Assembly: GCA_965277805.1 (NCBI GenBank)
Contig: OZ255842.1
Span: 2,880,001-2,944,000 of the forward strand
DNA: 64,000 nt
Direction of reading: 5' to 3'
Source: Candidatus Lustribacter sp.
GTDB lineage: Bacteria; Vulcanimicrobiota; Vulcanimicrobiia; Vulcanimicrobiales; Vulcanimicrobiaceae
A program made the position numbers and the translations under genes. Within the stretch, counting starts at the first letter, position 1. Every line of letters begins with the position of its first letter. The notes under the pieces are model-generated. The model searched no databases and was not told the origin of the DNA. It saw only the letters and a list, made by a program, of their open reading frames with translations. Below, in pieces: positions 20,012 through 29,721 of the stretch.

Positions 20012-20814
20012 TTAGTGGTGTCCTCCGTCTCCGGACGAGGGGCGCAATTGCGGTTCGTGCGCGAGCCGCTCGTTCGAGCGCGCCGCGAAGGCCGAATCGC
20101 TGACGATCCGGTCGAGCATGATCACGCCGCTGCGATCGCCGACGCCGCCGGCGTTGTTCGGATTCGGGACGCCCACACCGCCGGCCGATTTGCGGCCCGT
20201 CTCGGCTTCGACTTTCCAGTGCCGCTCGGGCGCTTTGGTCTGCGGCCGCGGCTTGACGTCGTAGGTGCCGGCGCGCATCGCGGCCAGCATGTCGTCGATC
20301 ATCTTCGGCGTCAGATCGTACTTGAAGCGCAGGTTCACTTGCATGCACGGCGCGCGGTCGCACGATGCCAGGCACTCGACTTCTTCATATGAGAACAAGC
20401 CGTCGTCGGTCGTCTCCAGATGTCCGATGCCGAGATGCTCGCGGAAGTACGCCATGATCTCCTCGGCGCCGTTCATCAGGCACGAGAGATTGCGGCAGAC
20501 TTGCAGCATGTATTTGCCGACCGGCCGCCGGTAGAACAGCGTGTAGAACGAGATCGTCGACTCGACAACCGACAGCGGCTGATCCAGCAGGTGCGCGATG
20601 GCCGCGAGCGCATTGGGCGACGTGTATCCTTCGTGCTCCTGGAACAGATGTGCCATCGGAATCAGCGCGCTGCGCGAATCTTCGTAGAGCCCGATCAGCT
20701 CTTCGCATTCCGGCTTCAGCTTGACGAACAGCTCGTCGAACGCATTGCCCGGCCGCGTAATATAGGGATCCCAATCCGCGACCAGATCCACATCCGGCGT
20801 TGTGGTGGCATCGC

Positions 20815-20818
<4 letters not shown>
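20012..20818 (-). CDS. nuoE: NADH-quinone oxidoreductase subunit E (C-terminally extended)
   Basis: 2Fe-2S ligands VCRNLSC and ECLASC, followed by a tail of about 85 aa. Confidence 0.93.
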
Positions 20819-22040
<1,222 letters not shown>

Positions 22041-22044
<4 letters not shown>

Positions 22045-22658
22045 TGCGCGTCGTCTTTCACGGCTTGTCCGCGCGCGGCCGCGATTTGGCGCTGCAGCGC
22101 GGCGGCGGTGCGGCCCGAAGCGGGCGTTCCCGCGGCCACGTTGGACTTCAGCGCAAACGACGGGCGCGGCGTCTTCTCACGTCCGGGCCCGCGCAACGGG
22201 TAATCCTTGCGCAACGGATAGCCTTCCCATTCGACGGGCATCTGGATGCGGCGCAGATCGGGGTGGCCCGAAAACGTGACGCCGAACAGATCGTACACTT
22301 CGCGTTCCGGCCAATCGGCGGCCGGCCACAGGTCGGTCATCGTCGGCACGACCGGATCGTTTTCCGCAACGCCGCACAATACGCGCACGCGTTCCGGCTG
22401 ACCGATTTGCGCGAGCGTGGTCGACGTGCTCGCGAGTTTGATCAAATGATAGACCACGTCCAGACGCGGCTCGCGGCCCGGATAATCGGCGCCGCCGATG
22501 TCGATCAGCATCGTGAAGCCCTCGGCGCGCAGCGCTTCGAGGGTCGCGCGCACGTCGGCCGGCGTCACGCGAATGACGCGCGCATCACCGATGTCTGCCC
22601 GAACGGCAGTCGGGTCGAGGGCAGTTGCCCCGGCCGGGGGAGTTTGTGAGCTCGGCAT
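22041..22658 (-). CDS. nuoC: NADH-quinone oxidoreductase subunit C
   Basis: EREVYDLFGVTFSGHPDLRRI, GYPLRKDYP. Confidence 0.96.
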
Positions 22659-22671
22659 TTACGTCGTGCCT

Positions 22672-23157
22672 CTATGCTCGCGCGAGAATTCCGCCGCGAC
22701 CGCCTTGGCGTATCTGCTGCTGGATCAGGTTGACGGCGTAGAGCAAGCCGTCGGGCGTCGGCGGGCAGCCCGGCACGTAAACGTCGACGGGAACGATCGT
22801 GTCGACGCCCTGCACGATGGCGTAATTGTCGAATACGCCGCCCGACGATGCGCACGCGCCCATCGAAATCACCCACTTCGGATCGGCCATCTGCTCCCAC
22901 AGGCGCCGCACGACCGGCGCCATCTTCTGCGCCACGCGGCCCGAGACGATCATCAAGTCGGCCTGGCGCGGGGACGCGCGAAACACTTCGGAGCCGAAGC
23001 GCGCGATGTCGTACTCGGCCGCCGTCGCGGTCATCATCTCGATCGCGCAGCAGGCGAGTCCCATCGTCAACGGCCACACGCTCGAGGATTGCGCCCAGCG
23101 CGCAACATCGTCGAGTTTGGCCAGAAAAAACTGGCCGGGCATGTCGTTTACCGCCAC
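22672..23157 (-). CDS. nuoB: NADH-quinone oxidoreductase subunit B
   Basis: [30 protein letters not shown] at 23157 has GGAGG upstream; ATG 23142 is an alternative start. Confidence 0.96.
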   Translation of the reverse strand: MAVNDMPGQFFLAKLDDVARWAQSSSVWPLTMGLACCAIEMMTATAAEYDIARFGSEVFRASPRQADLMIVSGRVAQKMAPVVRRLWEQMADPKWVISMGACASSGGVFDNYAIVQGVDTIVPVDVYVPGCPPTPDGLLYAVNLIQQQIRQGGRGGILARA

Positions 23158-23501
23158 TGAAAGCCTCCGCGTCGCCACACGTATGCATAACCGATGGCGA
23201 GCACGACGACGAACGACACCATCTCCACCAGACCGAACGTCCGCAGCTGGTGCATCTGCACCGCCCACGGATAGAATGACGCCGCCTCTACATCGAAAAT
23301 CACGAACAGCATCGCGATCAAGTAAAACCGGACCGGAAAGCGTCCCGCTACCTCAGAGGTCGGTTCGACGCCGCATTCGTAGGCCTCACTCTTGACCGGA
23401 TTCGGCTTCTTGCGTCCCATCTGACCGGGCAAACTGCAAAACAGCAATGCGGCGATGAAAGCAACGAGGAGATACAGTGCGACGGGACCATAGGGGGTCA
23501 T
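23148..23501 (-). CDS. nuoA: NADH-quinone oxidoreductase subunit A
   Basis: [25 protein letters not shown]. Start ATG 23501. Confidence 0.96.
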   Translation of the reverse strand: MTPYGPVALYLLVAFIAALLFCSLPGQMGRKKPNPVKSEAYECGVEPTSEVAGRFPVRFYLIAMLFVIFDVEAASFYPWAVQMHQLRTFGLVEMVSFVVVLAIGYAYVWRRGGFQWR

Positions 23502-23505
23502 AGAT

Positions 23506-23871
23506 GTGAAAAACTTCACGAAACGGGTGCGGAGCGCCTTCGCCCTCGGACTGACCGCCTGCGCGCTAGCAGCGTGCACAATGGGACCGAACGGATTGGG
23601 CGCATCCGCCTATGGTACAGTCACCGGACGCGTCGTCGACACGCAGTCACTGCAGCCGATTTCCGGTGCGACGATAACGGTCGGGAACATTGTTGCCGTG
23701 ACCGCGGCCATCGACCAAGGCGAGTTCACATTGCGCAACGTGCCGCTCGGCACGCATGCGATCACGATCTCCGCGGTGGGGTGGAAAACCTATACCGGCC
23801 AGGTCACTGTGGAGAGGGATACAGGCGCCGATACGGGCGTCATCGGACTGCCGTCCGCGCTCGCCCGCTGA
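23506..23871 (+). CDS. Lipoprotein with carboxypeptidase-regulatory-like (prealbumin fold) domain
   Basis: Lipobox LAAC, then GTVTGRVVD...PISGATITV...GEFTLRNVPLGTH. GTG 23527 is an alternative start. Confidence 0.75.
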   Translation: MKNFTKRVRSAFALGLTACALAACTMGPNGLGASAYGTVTGRVVDTQSLQPISGATITVGNIVAVTAAIDQGEFTLRNVPLGTHAITISAVGWKTYTGQVTVERDTGADTGVIGLPSALAR

Positions 23872-23904
23872 GCTGATTGCCCGGTAAGCTATATGAGCAA
23901 GCGT

Positions 23905-24618
23905 TCAGTTGCGCCGGTGGACTGCCAAAAAACGCCGGATGATGTCGACGGGGGTAGCAAAACCGATCGCCCGCTCGTCGTCGAAGCGCGACTCGGCGAG
24001 TCCGATGACCGTGCCGGTCGCCGCATCGAACACCGGGCCGCCCGACTCGCCCGGAATGATCGGCACGTCGATCTCCATCGTCCCGTTGCGCACGCTCGCG
24101 ATTCGGCCCGTATACAAGGAAACGACGGCGTCGAGGCGTTCGTCTTCGAACGCGTCCGGAATCGGATAACCGAGAACGCCGATGTCGCGTCCGGGGACCA
24201 CCAAGGACATGTCGCCCAAGGTGATGGGTTTGAGGTTCGGGGTCGGGATCTCGAGCAGCGCGAGGTCGTCGTCATCGTCGCTCACCGCGATCACGCGCAG
24301 CGGGACCGGTTTGCCCGCATCGCCGACCTTCGCGCGCAGGTCGCGCGCGTCGGCCACGACATGCGCGTCGGTGAGGATGCGCGAGCCCCAGGCGCCGCTC
24401 TCGATGATCGCGCCGCTGCCGTAGGCTTCGTCCCACTTTCCCTTGCGCTTGGGATCGTCGGCCGGAATCTGCATCGTGATCAGCGCGACCGACGGGTGCA
24501 GACGCTCGTAGAGCTGCGTGTACGGTTCGGGCCCGCCGGCGACCGGCTGCGCGGCGCGCGCGCAGGCGGTCAACGCAATCACGATGAGAAGCGCGATGCA
24601 GCGCAGCGAGAACATCAA
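23905..24618 (-). CDS. Trypsin-like (S1C, no PDZ) serine protease, probable lipoprotein
   Basis: GSG, TDAHVV (His), DLALL (Asp), PGESGGP (Ser), IGFA.P. Lipobox LTAC. Confidence 0.85.
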   Translation of the reverse strand: MMFSLRCIALLIVIALTACARAAQPVAGGPEPYTQLYERLHPSVALITMQIPADDPKRKGKWDEAYGSGAIIESGAWGSRILTDAHVVADARDLRAKVGDAGKPVPLRVIAVSDDDDDLALLEIPTPNLKPITLGDMSLVVPGRDIGVLGYPIPDAFEDERLDAVVSLYTGRIASVRNGTMEIDVPIIPGESGGPVFDAATGTVIGLAESRFDDERAIGFATPVDIIRRFLAVHRRN

Positions 24619-25712
24619 GCCGAGCGCGCGCCGGCATTCAGACGCGCGACGATTGCCGCCCGCAAGCGATCGATGCCGTCGTTGGCCGTCGCGCTCACTT
24701 GGATCGCCTCCGGGGGCAGCGCAGCGCGCGCGGCGTCATCCAGGCGATCGATCTTGTTGCACACCAGCAGCGTCGTCTTGTCCGCGAGGTGGAGTTCGCC
24801 GAGAATCGTTTCCACGCTCGCGCGCTGGCGCGGCCAATCCGGATTCGACGCGTCGACTACGTGCAGCAGGATGTCCGCCACGTCGAGCTCTTCGAGCGTT
24901 GCGCGAAATGCGTTGATCAGTTCCTTCGGCAAGGCGGTGATGAACCCGACGGTGTCGGCGAGGCGAATGCTGCGGCCGTCGCCGATGTAGACGCGGCGCA
25001 AGGTGGGATCGAGCGTGGCAAACGGCTGATCGGCGACGAACGCGTTGCCGCCGGTGCCCGCGAGCCGGTTGAGCAGCGATGACTTGCCGACGTTGGTATA
25101 TCCGACCAGCGCAACGTAGGGATCGCGGCCACTGCCCGAGCGCCGCGTGGCGCGCTGTTTTCGCACTTCGTCGAGCTGCCGCCCGAGCAGCGTGACGCGC
25201 GCCGCGATCTTGCGCCGGTCGACTTCGAGTTTCGTTTCACCGGGGCCGCGGGTACCGACGCCGCCACCCAAGCGCGAGAGCGCGATGCCAGAACCGATCA
25301 GGTTGGATTGACGGTAGCGCAGCTGCGCGAGTTCGACTTGCAACTGTCCTTCGCGCGAACGGGCGTGCTGCGCGAAGATATCGAGGATCAGCATCGTGCG
25401 GTCGACGATCGGCAGCGGCACCGCCTTCTCGAGGTTGATGCGCTGCCTCGGACGCAGGTCGTTAAACACCATCAGCACGTCCGCGTCGAGTTCTTTCGCG
25501 CGTTCCGCGATCTCACGCGCCTTGCCGCTCCCGACCAAAGTCACCGGATCGACGTGCGGCAGTTTCTGGATCACCTCGCCCACGATCACGACGCCCGTCG
25601 CGCGCGCGAGCGCGGCGAACTCCGCGAATTCCGGTGCTAGCGGCGCCGCGCGGTCGCTCAAGTCGACGGCAACGAGAAGCGCCCGCTGCGGGAGCGGCGC
25701 CACCGTGCTCAA
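24615..25712 (-). CDS. hflX: Ribosome-splitting GTPase HflX
   Basis: GSGK, LILDIFAQHA, GTRGPGETKLE, GYTNVGKS, FATLD, DTVGF, NKID. Start placed at the TTG overlapping the btuF stop; ATG 25745 is an alternative. Confidence 0.95.
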   Translation of the reverse strand: MSTVAPLPQRALLVAVDLSDRAAPLAPEFAEFAALARATGVVIVGEVIQKLPHVDPVTLVGSGKAREIAERAKELDADVLMVFNDLRPRQRINLEKAVPLPIVDRTMLILDIFAQHARSREGQLQVELAQLRYRQSNLIGSGIALSRLGGGVGTRGPGETKLEVDRRKIAARVTLLGRQLDEVRKQRATRRSGSGRDPYVALVGYTNVGKSSLLNRLAGTGGNAFVADQPFATLDPTLRRVYIGDGRSIRLADTVGFITALPKELINAFRATLEELDVADILLHVVDASNPDWPRQRASVETILGELHLADKTTLLVCNKIDRLDDAARAALPPEAIQVSATANDGIDRLRAAIVARLNAGARSA

Positions 25713-26545
25713 ACGCGGGTGGTGTTGAAGATCCGGATCAGCCATGCGAGTCCATCGTTGTAGCGGGGACCGGGTCGCTCGAGGATCGCCGGGTCCGGGA
25801 GATATGCGATCCGATGCTCGCGAACGGCGCGCAGCGCGTTCCACGGGGGCCGATCGAGCACGGATTGCAACTGTACCGTCGGATCAGCAATCAGCACGTC
25901 GGGTTGCATCGCGATCAGCGCTTCGGCGCTATATGCTCCGTAGGCACCCGTCATGTGCGCCGCGTTGACGCCGCCGGCGAGTTCGAGCAGCTTGGCGATG
26001 TAGGATCCGGTGCCGACCGTGAAGATCGGCCCGGTCCCGAGCACCACGAACGCGCGCAACGGTGCTGGTCGCTTGCGCACGGTTCGCATCAACGCGGTTG
26101 TCCGGCCGCGCAAACGGTCGGTGAGCGCGTGCGCGGCATCGTCGCGGCCGGTGAGCAAACCCAACGCTTCGATGTCGACGAAGATGTCGTCGAATCCGTT
26201 GTCGTTGAGCAACACCGTGCGAATACCGGACTTGCGGATGTCGGCTGCGGGCGCCGATTGTGAATTGATGCCGACGACGACGTCGGGCCGCAAACGCACG
26301 ATCCGCTCCACGTCGGCGGAAGCGTAGCTCGAAATGACCGGCAGCGCGGTTGCGGCCTTCGGATAGTCGGTGTACTGCGAGACGCCGACGACCATCGCGC
26401 CCGCGCCGATCGCGAACAGGTCTTCGGTCAACGAGGGGATCAGCGAGACGATGCGCCGCGGAAGGTCGACGTGCGAAGGCGCAGGTGCCGCGCAACCGGC
26501 GATCGCCAGCGCTGCGGCCAGCGCGAAAACGCGTACGAAGGACAC
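25709..26545 (-). CDS. btuF: Cobalamin ABC transporter substrate-binding lipoprotein (BtuF-like)
   Basis: Lipobox IAGC, RIVSLIPSLTE..FAIG, PDVV, LERPGPR. Adjacent to the B12 riboswitch. Confidence 0.85.
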   Translation of the reverse strand: MSFVRVFALAAALAIAGCAAPAPSHVDLPRRIVSLIPSLTEDLFAIGAGAMVVGVSQYTDYPKAATALPVISSYASADVERIVRLRPDVVVGINSQSAPAADIRKSGIRTVLLNDNGFDDIFVDIEALGLLTGRDDAAHALTDRLRGRTTALMRTVRKRPAPLRAFVVLGTGPIFTVGTGSYIAKLLELAGGVNAAHMTGAYGAYSAEALIAMQPDVLIADPTVQLQSVLDRPPWNALRAVREHRIAYLPDPAILERPGPRYNDGLAWLIRIFNTTRV

Positions 26546-26560
26546 TCGCTGGCGATACGC

Positions 26561-26773
26561 CGGGCAGGTCGGTGGGCCTGCGCCGCGCAAATTCGGCCGT
26601 ACTCGCGTGAACGGGAAGCCGGTTGGAATCCGGCACGGTCGCGCCACTGTATGCGGGGAGCCGCCGGCACGTCACTCCGATCCGTCGGGGGAAGGCACCG
26701 GCCTAAGGCACTGATCCGCAAGTCAGGATACCGAGCCCGCGAGTAACAACTGCACTTCCGCCTCGCGAAAAGG
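26561..26773 (+). ncRNA. Cobalamin (AdoCbl) riboswitch upstream of the TonB receptor
   Basis: Stems CGGGC/GCCCG and TCGGT/ACCGA, GAACGGGAA-GCCGG-TTGGAAT-CCGGC, CGGT-CGCGCC-ACTG, GGGAAGGC, and B12 box AGTCAGGATACC. Downstream hairpin CCT-CGCGAAA-AGG has a loop able to kiss the CGCG loop and carries the SD-like AAGG. Confidence 0.92.
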
Positions 26774-26786
26774 TTGGTATCGGTCA

Positions 26787-28721
26787 ATGGTTTCCCTTCA
26801 ACGCGCGCGTGCGCTTCTGGCGCCGTGCGTCCTGGGCGTTGCGCTGTTCGGCGCGCCGTCACTTGGCACGGCCCAAACAACTCCCGCCCCCGCCCCGTCT
26901 GCATCGGAGTTGCCCGAGATCGGCACCGTTACGACGAGCGACCGGCACAACGAACCAATTGCGAACACGACACATCCCACGTTCGTCGTCGATCGCAAAA
27001 CGATCGAAGCGAACGGCTATCGCACGGTCGGCGAAGCGCTGGCGAACGTGCCGGGTGTCAACGTGTTCTCCTACGGACCGTTCGGCGCAGCGAACAACTA
27101 CGGGATTCGCGGTACGACGTCGGCGCAAACGCTCGTTCTGCAAGACGGCATGCCGATCGCAACCGGTTCCAACGGCACGGTCGATCTCGGTTCGCTCGCG
27201 ACGATCGGCGTGCAGCGCATCGAGGTCGTGGAAAGCGGCAGCTCGACGCTCTACGGCAGCGGCGCGACGGGCGGCGTGATCAACATCATCACGTCGGTCG
27301 AAGCGCAGCCCTACGCGCGCTATTCCGACGGCACCTACGGCAATCAGGACATCGCCGCGCAAGCCGGCATCGGCGGCCTCGCCGTTTCGTTCGAACGTCA
27401 CACCGCGACGAACATCTACGATTATCCGGCGTTCAACTATCCCGGCGGCAACGCAACGCCGGCCGGCACGCGCGTCAACGCCGGCGGTCAGCAAACCGTC
27501 GCGCGCGTGTCTTACTTCGCGCAGCTCGGCGGGGGCTGGACGGCCCATCTCGCCGCGGGCGACAACGGCATCGATGCCGGCGTTCCCGGCGGGCTGTCGT
27601 TCCTGACGCCGGCCGCAGAGCAAGGCACGAACCGCACCGATGGCCTGCTCGACATCGCGCATACCGCGGGGCCGACGACGTTCGACGTCACGCTGTCCAG
27701 CGTCGTGCAGAAGCTGAGATACTTCGATACGCTCGCCGACCTCACCGGCGGCGGCCCGGGCTTCGGCGAACAGAACACGTTCGATGCGCGCTCGCAGGTG
27801 TCGCTGCGCTATGCGACGTCGGGTGCCAACACCGATCTCGTTACCGGCGTCGATCTCGCGCGCGAGACCGCGCTGCTCACGTTCCCGCCCTCGATGCCGC
27901 CGCAAGGCGCGATCGGCGCAGCCCAATCGCAAGCAGCGCTCTACGCGCAGGGCGGCTATAACGCCGGCTCCGCCGTTCGGCTGATCTTCGGCCTGCGCGG
28001 TGAGAACGACGGGCCTGCCGGGAGCGTGCTCGCCCCGTCGTTCGGCACGCGCGTGCAACTCGGCGCCGCCCAGCTCAGCGGAAACGTCAGCGAATCGTTC
28101 CGCGTCCCGACCTTGGTCGATCTCTACTATCCGGGATTCTCGAACCCGAACTTGCTGCCCGAGAAGCTCTCGAATTTCGATACGACCCTCGCCTTTCCGC
28201 ACATCCTCGGCGGCATCTCGGCGGGTTACTTCGGCCGTGACGGCTCGAACCTGATCGTGCTCGACCCGGCGACGTTTCTTCCGTTCAACGCCTCGCGCAT
28301 CTCGGTGAACGGTTTGCAGTTCACGATTGCAGCACCGCCCATCGCCGGTCTGCGCGTTTCGGCCAGCGTGACCAACGTGTATCGCGCGATCGACACGACC
28401 ACCGGCGTGCGTCTCGCAAGCACGCCGCCGATCGTCGCAACGCTCGGCATCGAGCACCCGTTCGATGCGGGCCCATTCGCCTTCGGCGCGCACCTGCGCA
28501 TCGTCGGCTCATCACCGGACGTCCCCAACTTCAGCGGCGGCCCGTCACTCGCCGACCCCTACGACAGCTACACCACAGCCGACGCATTTCTGCGCTACCG
28601 CATCACCAAATCCGCCATCATCTCGGCACGCGTCCTAAACCTCACCAACCAATACTACGCACCAATCTTCGGCTACCCCGCCCCCGCCCGCACCCTGCAA
28701 CTAGAACTAGCCACCCGCTAA
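26787..28721 (+). CDS. btuB: TonB-dependent outer membrane receptor, BtuB-like
   Basis: Signal peptide, plug domain (ALANVPGV, IRG, RIEVVE..LYGSGATGGVINIIT), FRVPTL.DLY, NLTNQYY..GYPAPAR. Preceded by the B12 riboswitch. Confidence 0.9.
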   Translation: MVSLQRARALLAPCVLGVALFGAPSLGTAQTTPAPAPSASELPEIGTVTTSDRHNEPIANTTHPTFVVDRKTIEANGYRTVGEALANVPGVNVFSYGPFGAANNYGIRGTTSAQTLVLQDGMPIATGSNGTVDLGSLATIGVQRIEVVESGSSTLYGSGATGGVINIITSVEAQPYARYSDGTYGNQDIAAQAGIGGLAVSFERHTATNIYDYPAFNYPGGNATPAGTRVNAGGQQTVARVSYFAQLGGGWTAHLAAGDNGIDAGVPGGLSFLTPAAEQGTNRTDGLLDIAHTAGPTTFDVTLSSVVQKLRYFDTLADLTGGGPGFGEQNTFDARSQVSLRYATSGANTDLVTGVDLARETALLTFPPSMPPQGAIGAAQSQAALYAQGGYNAGSAVRLIFGLRGENDGPAGSVLAPSFGTRVQLGAAQLSGNVSESFRVPTLVDLYYPGFSNPNLLPEKLSNFDTTLAFPHILGGISAGYFGRDGSNLIVLDPATFLPFNASRISVNGLQFTIAAPPIAGLRVSASVTNVYRAIDTTTGVRLASTPPIVATLGIEHPFDAGPFAFGAHLRIVGSSPDVPNFSGGPSLADPYDSYTTADAFLRYRITKSAIISARVLNLTNQYYAPIFGYPAPARTLQLELATR

Positions 28722-28736
28722 AACACCTCGCAGCAC

Positions 28737-28942
28737 TGTCATTCCGAGCGAAGTGCCGCAGGCACGTAGACGAGGAATGCGAGATCGTCGCGGCAATCAG
28801 CGTGCGACCGCGAAGGCGGGAGTAGTCGTTAATTCAAGTCCTTTTTTAAGCCACTGCTCGTGCCTTCGCGCTCGCACTCGATCGCTAAATTGGTGGCGCG
28901 TCCCTCGTCTGCGCACCTAAAGGTGCTCCGCTCGGGATGACA
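28737..28942. repeat. Composite palindromic (REP/MITE-like) element between convergent btuB and btuD
   Basis: Inverted arms TGTCATTCCGAGCGAA..AGACGAGGA (28737-28776) and the reverse complement TGTCATCCCGAGCGGA..AGACGAGGGA (28901-28942). They enclose an inner long hairpin GTGCGA-C-CGCGAAGGC...GCCTTCGCG-C-TCGCAC. Confidence 0.8.
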
Positions 28943-29721
28943 GCTGGTGCCGTCCGGCGGCGGGGGAGGGCTACCATCGTGCCGTCTTCGGTGCGGCCGA
29001 CGGCGATTTCCGCGCCGTAGGCGCGCGTGAGGAGGTCGGCGCGGAAGACGGCGTCGATCGGGCCGTCGGCGAGGACCGTGCCGTCGCCGACGAGCACGAT
29101 GCGATCGACCGATGCTACGGCGAGATTCAGATCGTGCAGCACGACGGCGATCGCAGCGCCGTCGGCGACGAGCCCGCGCAGGATGTCGAGCGTCGCATAC
29201 GCGCCGCCTAAATCGAGATGGCTCGTCGGCTCGTCGAAGAGCAGCGTGGGCGTCTGCTGCGCGAGCGCAGTGGCGATCCACACGCGCTGACGTTCGCCGC
29301 TCGAGAGCGTATCGAGCAAACGTTCCGCGAACGGTACGAGGCCGACGCGCTCGAGCGCCGTTTCCACGATTGCCTCATCTTCCGGCGGCCCACTCCATTG
29401 CCACCACGCACGATGCGCGAGCCGGCCCATGGCCACCGCATCTCGCACCGTGACGTCGCCGTCGGCGTGTTCTTCCGCCGCAACGAGCGCTACGCGGCGC
29501 GCGCGTTCGGCCGGTGAGAGCCCGTGCACGAGCGTGCCGTCCACCGCCACGCTGCCCTGCATCGGCGCGAGCGATCCGGCCAGCGCGCGCAGCAGCGTCG
29601 ATTTTCCCGATCCGTTCGGCCCGACGATCGCCACCAATTCGTGCGGACGCAACGTCAGGTCGACGCGGTGCAACACGATCCGGCCATCGTACCCGAGCAC
29701 GAGCCCGCGCGCGTCGATCAT
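28885..29721 (-). CDS. btuD: Cobalamin/iron-chelate ABC transporter ATP-binding protein (BtuD/FecE-like)
   Basis: GPNGSGKST, LSSGERQRV, FDEPTSHLD, VLHDLNLA. ATG overlaps the permease stop. Confidence 0.88.
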   Translation of the reverse strand: MIDARGLVLGYDGRIVLHRVDLTLRPHELVAIVGPNGSGKSTLLRALAGSLAPMQGSVAVDGTLVHGLSPAERARRVALVAAEEHADGDVTVRDAVAMGRLAHRAWWQWSGPPEDEAIVETALERVGLVPFAERLLDTLSSGERQRVWIATALAQQTPTLLFDEPTSHLDLGGAYATLDILRGLVADGAAIAVVLHDLNLAVASVDRIVLVGDGTVLADGPIDAVFRADLLTRAYGAEIAVGRTEDGTMVALPRRRTAPAVIPSGAPLGAQTRDAPPI

